Assembly: GCA_032718475.1 (NCBI GenBank)
Contig: JAUCBJ010000974.1
Coordinates: forward strand, 6,787 to 70,786
Length of the DNA: 64,000 nucleotides
Reading direction: 5' to 3'
Source: Nemertoderma westbladi
Taxonomy: Eukaryota > Animalia > Xenacoelomorpha
The notes under the pieces were generated by a model. It ran no database searches and was not told where the DNA came from. It worked only from the letters and a program-made list of their open reading frames with translations. Positions 55,201 to 64,000 of the stretch are shown here, one piece after another (position 1 is the stretch's first letter; every line of letters begins with the position of its first letter). The position numbers were made by a program, and so were the translations under genes.

Positions 55201-57222
55201 GGGCGAGAAAGACGCTAGCTAGGTGCAGAAAGGTCTAACTAGCGGCAAAATAAAATAATAAAATTATTTTATATATTTTGAGGTGTAAATAATTTCTAAC
55301 GCGCGTGTGTCTTGATTCTAAACAGTCAAAAGTCAGTTTTGCTCCTTCATATATATAATTACTGGGTCCGGTGTGCATTTTACAAATATTCTAATTTTGT
55401 AACTTGTAGGTCCAATACTCACGAATGATAAGGCTCCTTCCCCCTTTGTGTATTTCCAGGACTCAAATTCAGGCATAAGGTTAATACTACACCCAGAATT
55501 CGTCAATTTTAATTTACCAGGTCCCTAATACTAAGAAGAAATGTGTTAGTTTACTACAGTAGGCGTACAGTTACTAATAGCTAGCCTGGTGTTCTTATCT
55601 AGAATTTTGGCTGCCTAGATGTGCACGGCAACTTCCTAACAGAATGTTGGCGGGGACACGGTAGATGTTAGTATCCCTAAATAGCCTCAATTTATTTGCG
55701 CCTAGTTGTAAACTGCCCTACCGCCTGAACGGTACAATCCCAATTCAGGTAAAACACAGTAACTCTTCTGGCCTACAAGTTCTAATGCAATGGACACCGT
55801 TGTACTACAAACAGTCACAGACGCACCTGTACTTAGCAAGAGTTAGGCGTACAGTTTGCTGCACCCTACCAATGTGTATGCCTTGTACCGGTGTGCCTGC
55901 GTCCTATCTGTGTACTAGTATCTCTGCCTGCTCTCCCCCCGTAGGAATATGAAGGTCTACTGTGGGTTTTTTCTCTGAATTAAGACAGTATGGTCCCTAG
56001 ATGTAATTTTTAGCACACAGCGTGTCACTACCTCTACCTTCGATCTTTGGTCTTATACTTAGGTAGCAAGGCATTGAACGCTGTCTAACCTTTCAGGCGA
56101 TGGGCGAATAACTCAAGAGTGATATTGTGGGTTGTCTCCTTCTACATTCCTCAGATGTTCTCGTTCATCGCTGTGGCCCGATGTCTAGCCTGCCATCCTG
56201 TCCCTCAGTTAGGTTCACCGTGGTAAAACATGATAAAAAAAAAGGGCAGATGTAACAAGTATTTCTAACTTTATTACAGAATATATACGTAAATGTAACA
56301 AGAAACTAATAGATAACTAATAAAGATTAGGATAAGCAAGAATGATTGATACACTAAGAGTGAGAGATTATTAACTAATGAACGAAATCGCACCTTTTAT
56401 AGCAAATTTGTGCTGCAATCAATCGAGAAAATGCTCGATTGTTCTATGAGTTCTAATAGGTTTTTAAAGATAACTATTGGTCCAGCGAATATATAACTTG
56501 CACGACATTGGTTACTATCTAATAACTGCAATCCCATTGGTTAATCTACTTCGAGCAAATGCAATTTAATTTGTAGTGGTTAATTTAAATGAGTTGAAAC
56601 TCTGCACAAAAAATAATTCGCACCTACTAGGATTCGAACTCAATACCTACTACATATAATTTCCAACTCTTTACCGACTGAGCTACTGAACCACTTGAAT
56701 AATCATCGTACAAATAGATATAGTAAATACAAATGAGGACTTAATGTAATCTTTATAGCAAAGTTAATTCGAACAAAATAAAATTTTGAAAATCCACGGC
56801 ATTTATGAGAATATAATTCTATATGGATATTAGTTAGCAGTCAGTAGCGAGAGGGGGGCATATGAGTACAGTTGGATAGATCGTGTAGGCCACGCGACAT
56901 ATACTGCTGTACTGCACAGGCCCATAGAATAGGTCAGAATGTGGATTATGAAATAGAATAATCCATAAACAGTAAATAGTAGAAATAGATCAAAATAAAA
57001 TAGAATAAGAATAGGGCTAAAATTTTAACAAATTATAGTAACAGTAGGAAAGAAATTCTGGAATACAATAAAAGTAACTGACAAAACTGCAAATTAGGGT
57101 ACATCTAATAGCTTCAAAATTAAGTAGTAGGGATTTAGGCTATAAGGCGAAATTAGACAAGGAATAGGCCATTATCGGACCGTACAGACCATCCTAGCGG
57201 CATCACTCACTTATATTGCGCC

Positions 57223-59832
57223 TTGGAAAGGCACCACCTTATAGGTGAGAGATCGGGAGAGTTCGAAATGGCGGGGAAACTGATCAGGAAGAGAAAGGCG
57301 GAGTCAGGAGGAAAGGAGATACTGGTGGATTTCACCAAGAGGCATCCGGAAGAGAGGATGAGGGGATACTATGACCGGTTAGGAAAGGGTCACGCAGCAC
57401 GAGCGCTACAGGACCACTTCAGGGAGATGCATGAACAGCGGCTGGTCGGGACCTACGGGACGCCGTCGCTGGACAATGCGATCTTCGAGCATTTCCACTA
57501 CGTGGTGAAAGGGGACGAGGCGAAGTTCGGGATTCCGAAGTACGCGAGCGAGTCACCGAGGAAAGATTGGAAGAGGTTCATAGAGTCCGTCAACAGGGGA
57601 GGATACATGATCCTAGACGACGAAGGGACCGTGGAAGACGAGGAGGGTTCAAGGAGAGGATCGGCAGGATCGGCCAGGACCATACTCCTACATTTGGCCG
57701 CGCCAAATGGGGACATTTTCCTATTTGACCTGGGAACATATGGGGAGAAGGATGGGCCGAAGTTGGACCTGCTGCCGAGGGCGGTGCAGGTCCTAGTAAG
57801 GGAGAAGTCGACGACGAAAGTGGGATCGGCGATTCGCGAGGACGCGAAGAGAATCATCGGTCCGGACGCCACCAACCTCCTGGATATGCAGAAGGTCTTC
57901 ATGGCTATGACAGCACCAGACGGGTTGGGACTAGTCGGAAACACAGGCCAATACGGAGTGGTGGCAATGGGCCAGCTATTGGGGCTCGTATGCCACAAAC
58001 CGATGGACTGGGGGAAGTTCAGGGAGGAATACGGAGCAGAACTAGCGAACTCGCTAAAGTGGGGAGCGAGACCAGGAAAGCAAGAGGTGTATCAATTCCG
58101 AAGAGGAGCGATAAAGGTATATCAGAAGCGATATATCCTGCAAGAAGATTGGATAATGATAAGTTTGCTTAACTTATTCATGACCGTGGTTATCGAGAGG
58201 GAACCAGCGGCATTTCTGTTATCGGGATCACCCCTAAGCTACAGAAGAGCCTTTAAGACGGCTTTCGACGGTCTGGTAGACCACCCGGGGCTGAAGGGCG
58301 AGTCGGTGTACTACAACAGCCGACATCTGGTAGACGGGGAGATAGATACGCCGTATCAGAGATGGGAGGAGCTAGAGACGGATAGACGAGAGGCGAAGCG
58401 ACTGGAAGAAGTCGCTAGACAGGAAAGGATAGAAGCAAAGGAGAGGGAGGAGGAGGCCAGGATGCAGAGTTACGGCTTTGAGGAACAGGCGGGCTTAGAT
58501 GAACTTCGTTGGGCTTCATCAGGGAGTTCGGGGGAGTCTCTAGGGCGAGAACTGGGATGGATGGTGGGATCGCCGAAACAGTCGACGTCGGGGTTGCAAG
58601 CGATGCCCATACCAGCGGGCACCGAAGGCGACCAACCGCTAAGGAAGTTAGGGGAGCTAGAGGGATGGAGAGCTACGGGCGAAAGCCAAGGCGGGAAGGG
58701 ACATAGTGGATCCACCGGGATACCGGGGTTGGAGCCACTGCCAGAGGAGGATGAAGACGACGACGAGGTCGGAGAGATGCCGCCCATCGGGAGGATAGGC
58801 CACTCGGACACGGACTGGGTTGGCGGGAGGGTGGTGACGGCCAGTGGGGCGAGGGCCTTCTGGGATAGATCCGGCAAGCGGGCCTGGGTGCACGAGGAAC
58901 CGGCGATGGATTTCGCGGGGAGCACTATCAGGTTGGGTGAGCAACCGGGGACGGCACCACGGGTAGTATTCGGGGAGACGATGCCCGAGAGGGGCGAGGA
59001 GATCGACGTAGACAGGGACACTAACGTCCAGAAGTTCGCCTACCAGCGACTCCACAGACCACGGAGATCGCTTGGGACGAAAGACGACGTGGGGCGGGAG
59101 ACATTGGTGCTCGGCTGTGACTACTGTGGGAGACAGACCCACCAGGAAAGGAGCTGTTTGTACCGATTCCAGAAAGGGACTAGTTGTCTCTACTGCCGCG
59201 AGTCGAGCCACAGGATGGGGGCGTGTCCACGGTTGCATAACCGATGTTCGAAGTGTAACTTCCGGGGACACTACGAACGCCAGTGCGACTGGATGGATGA
59301 CGAAGAGAAGTTCAGAATCTTCGAGGAGTGGGCCGACATCGGGGCCATGACGCGGCAACGCATGAAGGCCCAGGAGTTCAAGTGGGGTTTCTTCCTTATC
59401 AATCAGGAGGCTCACTTGGAAATCATAAAGCGGAGGTTACCGTTTACCTATCAAGAGGTAGCAACGGCGGCGTCGTATGCCGGGGTGATAAATACACAAA
59501 GGTATTTGGACAGGTGGACGCCACAGAACCGAGGGGAGTTTAGGGATTTCCTGGCGGAGCACGTGCCGCGGGCAATGAAGATGATCTTATGGGACGCCAC
59601 CAGTGGGAGACAACAGGGCCATTCGGAGGGGCCACCCGCGAAGCGATATCGGGAGCTGATAACGCCGGCACCCAAGGAGCCAACGACCGGGATCAGTAAG
59701 GAGGTGGCGGCGAGAGTCCGAAGACAGAAAGCGGATCCCAGAGGAGCGGTAGTGACCAGGAAACGACCCAGGGAGGAGGACGGCAAAGGGAAAGACTTGA
59801 GGTGGTTCCCAAAGTCAGGGGGGATAAACTGA
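57223..59832 (+). CDS. Accessory ORF of D, intact 869 aa: DEDDy-like 3'-5' exonuclease plus three CCHC knuckles
   Basis: ExoI YMILDDEG; LLHLAAPNGDIFLFDL; LPRAVQVLVREKSTTKVGSAIRED (ExoII); ExoIII-like YILQED; CDYC, CLYC and CSKC knuckles; start codon uncertain. Confidence 0.85.
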   Translation: MERHHLIGERSGEFEMAGKLIRKRKAESGGKEILVDFTKRHPEERMRGYYDRLGKGHAARALQDHFREMHEQRLVGTYGTPSLDNAIFEHFHYVVKGDEAKFGIPKYASESPRKDWKRFIESVNRGGYMILDDEGTVEDEEGSRRGSAGSARTILLHLAAPNGDIFLFDLGTYGEKDGPKLDLLPRAVQVLVREKSTTKVGSAIREDAKRIIGPDATNLLDMQKVFMAMTAPDGLGLVGNTGQYGVVAMGQLLGLVCHKPMDWGKFREEYGAELANSLKWGARPGKQEVYQFRRGAIKVYQKRYILQEDWIMISLLNLFMTVVIEREPAAFLLSGSPLSYRRAFKTAFDGLVDHPGLKGESVYYNSRHLVDGEIDTPYQRWEELETDRREAKRLEEVARQERIEAKEREEEARMQSYGFEEQAGLDELRWASSGSSGESLGRELGWMVGSPKQSTSGLQAMPIPAGTEGDQPLRKLGELEGWRATGESQGGKGHSGSTGIPGLEPLPEEDEDDDEVGEMPPIGRIGHSDTDWVGGRVVTASGARAFWDRSGKRAWVHEEPAMDFAGSTIRLGEQPGTAPRVVFGETMPERGEEIDVDRDTNVQKFAYQRLHRPRRSLGTKDDVGRETLVLGCDYCGRQTHQERSCLYRFQKGTSCLYCRESSHRMGACPRLHNRCSKCNFRGHYERQCDWMDDEEKFRIFEEWADIGAMTRQRMKAQEFKWGFFLINQEAHLEIIKRRLPFTYQEVATAASYAGVINTQRYLDRWTPQNRGEFRDFLAEHVPRAMKMILWDATSGRQQGHSEGPPAKRYRELITPAPKEPTTGISKEVAARVRRQKADPRGAVVTRKRPREEDGKGKDLRWFPKSGGIN

Positions 59833-60390
59833 GACTTCGATGTGGTACGCCTGGAAGGCGCCACGTGAGACGTGCGAACTATTAAGTACGAATTTAAGTA
59901 ATCTAAATAATCAAATAAGTGCAATTTGTATGTACGTACGTAATAGCCAGTAATCTACGAGAATACATACGTTCGAAGTAAGTACTATAGTCATTCAACC
60001 TTTCTCAATTAGCTACTGGGACTGGGGGGCCAACTGACTATGGCACTATGGACGAGACACCAGACGATTTCACACTTCTTGAGTGCGACGGCACAGGAGG
60101 GGGGGTGAGACTCGTCAGAAGGGATGGGGTAGTCAAAGAGGGGTCGAGTGAAGGTGATAGTGCGGAGTACGGAGAGAGTGCGGATGCAATTCAAGTGTGG
60201 GGGGGAGGATAAGAGACTGAGTGAGGGACAGGGAAGGTGGCACTATACCCATCTCAACGTTTATATTATACCTTCATACATATTACCGAACATCAGAACT
60301 CTTAACGAAACTTTTCACATACACGGCGGGGACGCGTAGGTAGAAAACTCAAACGGATAAATCGGGATCCGTAGATCCCGTCACAGTGCC

Positions 60391-60900
60391 TTATCGAATG
60401 AGTTGGGTTCCATAGCATCTTGTGATATCCATGATCTGACATGTCCATCAAGCATATTCTGACGTCACCTCTCTGCAGCTTCACTTAAGTCATCGTAAGT
60501 GTCTGGTGAAGGGGTCCATTTAGTGAAATCACATATCTCCTGTTGATGTAGTAACATGTCGCCATTATCCATCAATCAACTAGCTTCTTCACAATCATAG
60601 AAAACTCGTTCATCATCATTGTTTGATGAAGGCTCACTGAGTGAATCAGACTGGAGGTCAAATTCATCTGTTTCCTCAAAAATTCAACACTTGGTAGTCA
60701 TGTTACATCAAAATGGTTTCAGATCGGCTCTCTCGTTCAGCCAAAGTCTTAGCTGATGGTCCTTTACAAAACCAGCTAATCCTTGTCCTGCCGGCATAAG
60801 TCGTCAAAGGCGGAGAATAGGGGACCTATTGTACAAATAAAATTCACCACAGTCAATACAAAGAATCACAGTTCCTAATGCTATGCCTAAAGAATGTAAG
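60391..60900 (-). mobile_element. Upstream continuation of element C (protease-to-RT linker, decayed)
   Basis: Translates as SPPLTTYAGRTRISWFCKGPSAKTL and GHVRSWISQDAMEPNSFDKA, joining the RT ORF at 31742; right boundary approximate. Confidence 0.8.
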
Positions 60901-61181
60901 TTAAACCCTGAAATAAATCATATAAATAGATGTTCCAGCAGTGGCCCTCAGCAACAATTTCCGCGCGGCACAATATTTTTACGCGAGGGAGTCTATAGGC
61001 CCTTCAATGTTGGGGCACCACTGCCCTTTATTTATAATCGTAACTTCAAGTTAAAGAAATCCAAAATAAAACAATAGTCGTTTACTATACCGCAACGCAT
61101 GCGATAAACACACATGTACAACTTTCAGTTCTATACTAACGGACAGAGTTGTTGTAATAAGTTAAAAGACAGCAGACTTAA

Positions 61182-62215
61182 CCCTATTACCACTGGGGGG
61201 GGGGGGGGGGGGGCGAATCGGCCCATTCCTAGTTTATAGTTGCTGTAACTATGGAACCACATTACGTAAAGGCCCAATTTTTATTGAGAATTAGCCAAAT
61301 TTAATGCCGCATCTTTTGCAAAAAACGACGTTGCAATTGGATTTCTACTTTTCGATGTGGGTGCCACCTCAAAATTTGGTCTCCAGCACCAAATTTTTTG
61401 AAATTTTCGAATTTTACAAATTCATTCGTGATTTAGTAATTATTTATGTTTGGGCTATTTTTATTTATTTTTATTGGTTTGGATCACTCTAATGCTCTAT
61501 ACAAGTATGTAAGTGTAGTGGTACGTAATTTTTGGAGCACCAAAATTAGGGCGTGGCACTTTAAAATTTCAAAATTACTTTATTCGGAAAATTTACTAAA
61601 GTTTTGATTTCGAAGCATTTTTATTGGTTTTCTGGAGCGCTGAATTGATTGAAAGTAATATAGAAACCTGAAGACGTAGTGGTTCGCCATTTTTGGTGCC
61701 CCAAAATTAGGGCGTGGCACTTCAAATTTTGAAAAATACGAGATTCGGAAAATACACTAAAGTTTTGATTTCAAATTATTTTTATAGGTTTTCTGTAGCG
61801 CTGAATCGATTGAAAGTAATATAGATGCCTCAAATCCGTGGTATACGTAATTTTCGGTGCACCAAAATTAGGGCGTGGCACTTCAAATTTTCAAAATTAC
61901 TTTATTCGGAAAAAACACTAAAGTTTTGATTACAAAAAATGGCTAACCTCTAAGTCTTTAGAAAACGAAAAATTTTGTAATTTTGTCCTGGACTACTTTT
62001 ATTTTTCATCAAAATTATGAGTCACTGCTTATGAAATTTTAACTTTTTAAGGTTTGGTAGTGTTCATCTATAGTTGTTTCACCAACAGCTCAAATTTTGT
62101 AGGATTTCATTGGACGATTACAAAAATATAGTGGGTGGGCCGAATCGCCCCCCCCCCCCCCCCCCCCCCCCCAGTGGTGCTAATGGTCAAAACACCCCAG
62201 TGGTAATAAATAGGG
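61182..62215. mobile_element. piggyBac-type MITE
   Basis: TTAA on both sides; CCCTATT..AATAGGG ends; subterminal inverted poly-G/poly-C; three internal ~161-bp repeats containing CAAAATTAGGGCGTGGCACTT. Confidence 0.85.
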
Positions 62216-62385
62216 TTAAAGTAGAAAATTGGCCAAATAATCCACTTACGTCAACTGTTGTGTGCATCCAAAGAGGAAATTATTACAGTTGCTGCATTTG
62301 ATTCGGTAATTTGTAATTTTAAAAGGGTCAAACAAATCACAATGGTCTTGCTTTCAATTTATAGATAACACTTTAACCCTGAATC

Positions 62386-63210
62386 ATGTATTGTAGAGAT
62401 ACATATAGTACGTGCAGCAGGGTATCCGGCGTAATGCAAACCTGGCAATCAGTTATACAAACTTGTTATTACAAAATTTCTTTATCTGACCCCGGTGATA
62501 TAAATGAAATATGTAAATTAAACAACATCAAGGTGGTTGCGATAAAGAACTTTACCGATAGTCAAGCACCTGTGTATAACTGGGACAACGATGACTTTGT
62601 GAAACGTAATAACATCCCGCGATATAAACTCGATCGACCCGGAGTTCGATTATTAATCTGCCAGAACGCGCCAAAGGCCCTGGAAATTTTACAAAAACTC
62701 CGTAGTTCGCCTCTGCCTTTAACCACATACGCTGGCAGAACCAGAATCGGTCGGTTCTACACTGGCCCATCGACAAAGACTTTAAACGAAAGAATGTCTA
62801 GTGAGAATATATTAACCAATCACATTCATTCAGAACACATATCGACCAATTACATCCATTCTCCTAAACCCGGTGGTTATAATGTGGAAGCGGAGAAATT
62901 CACGGTGGGAGGACCCGATTTTGGGACAAAGTTTTCAAAATTTTGCGGTGAATCCAGTAAACCCAGCGACAACAATCAACCGACATCCCGACTTAATACG
63001 GACGAATATGGAGAACCCATTGATTATGTAAACAAATCGGACAGCCCAAACTCAGACCCACCTTTGAGTATTCACTCCCGGACTGAAGCTGTCCCAGACA
63101 CCCCCCAATTATTTCAAAGTCAATCAGACTTACCTAATATTAAAGTAGGTCTATCCCCACTGATAGCCCGCGCCATGAACCATTATAGCTCATGGGATAA
63201 AATTATGTAT
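62386..63210 (+). pseudogene. Internally deleted Bel/Pao fragment of the element C family
   Basis: PLTTYAGRTRIG..GPSTKTL matches C at ~60.8 kb; PNIKVGLSPLIARAMNHYSSW matches C ORF 29525..30061. Confidence 0.75.
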
Positions 63211-64000
63211 ATTATTATGTAAATTATGCTATCTGACAGTCACGACAAATTATGTGGTTTTCAAAAATCTTGCAGAATGCTGGATTGTTGTTGGTGTATG
63301 GGTTAGGCCTAGGCCTAGGCTGTGACTTCTCTCTGTCAGTCTGGCTCTCCTAGTCCCATCATAGGGAAATGACCGCCATGGGCCACCTGCAAAAATCAGT
63401 TTTAAGTTTCTCTTCGAAAATCGATGGCTGTTCGCGCTTTCAGACCTTTGGCAGTTTAACCCACCAAATTAAGATGTCTTCTAGATATTAAATCGGTTTT
63501 TAGTCTATGACAAGTATTTGATTCACTACACTAGTCGAAACCAATCTGTGCGCGATCATTCACCCGCTGGATATTCCCGGGAGATTGGGTTCGACGGTTT
63601 AATTTTATTGCTATGTAAGCCTAATGTATTATTCGACTGACAGTACTATATAATCTCTGACAATATTATTCACCTTCGGTAATATTAACAGTTCCTTTAG
63701 GACGTGGCGCTTTATCTATATAAACAGAGTTATGACTTAAACTACTCACAACGATATGGCTTAATTATAATTCACATATATGGCGCATTCTTTAGGAATT
63801 GCTTCTTTAACAGACTCACTCATACACAATGCTGCACAATACTGCACACTAATCTGCCAATCTTCACTGATTTTAGTCACATATAAAAGGAACACAGACT
63901 GACTCATGTAGGGTCTATCAAATAACATTAGATTCACTTCAAACCACTTTAACATAAGTCACAATCGTTTATCTGTAACCCTTCTCTCTTACCTTCGGTA

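Larger units (their letters stand above)
38145..56823 (-). mobile_element. Bel/Pao element E, 18.7 kb with ~1.9-kb LTRs, inserted between pol and the extra ORF of D
   Basis: LTRs 38145-40046 and 54927-56823 are near-identical (about 10 substitutions seen plus one ~20-bp patch); TSD TGGAT at 38140-38144 and 56824-56828; PPT GGAGCGG at 40047-40053. Confidence 0.96.
31753..60385 (+). mobile_element. Bel/Pao element D, inserted in C and interrupted by E
   Basis: TG..CA ends; TSD GTGCC at 31748-31752 and 60386-60390; 5' LTR 31753-32312, whose last 144 bp recur at 60242-60385; C pol reads across the junction (..EPNSFDKA|LSVQEERAI). Confidence 0.93.

Overview
AT-rich eukaryotic (probably invertebrate animal) DNA, about 90% nested transposable elements. 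It holds five Bel/Pao LTR retrotransposons: A 1587-8963(-); B ~19995-27712(-); C 27718-31752 plus ~60391-60900(-); D 31753-60385(+), inserted in C; and E 38145-56823(-), inserted in D. Also present are three kinds of non-LTR fragments, a split DDE transposase, several MITEs, one tRNA-Ile(AAT)-like gene and one host-type Cys-rich surface-protein gene interrupted by a MITE. The main result concerns B, D and E. None has a tRNA primer-binding site. In each, the 9-11 nt directly after the 5' LTR are perfectly complementary to a segment inside its own LTR, the signature of Tf1-type self-priming, which I know only from Ty3/gypsy elements. D and E also carry an extra ORF after pol encoding a DEDDy-like 3'-5' exonuclease plus three CCHC knuckles. 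E further has a tRNA-derived Pol III unit in its LTR and a 17-nt quasi-palindrome repeated 13 times. Element A, with a normal tRNA-Tyr PBS and no extra ORF, is an internal control. All calls come from reading by eye; no searches were run.
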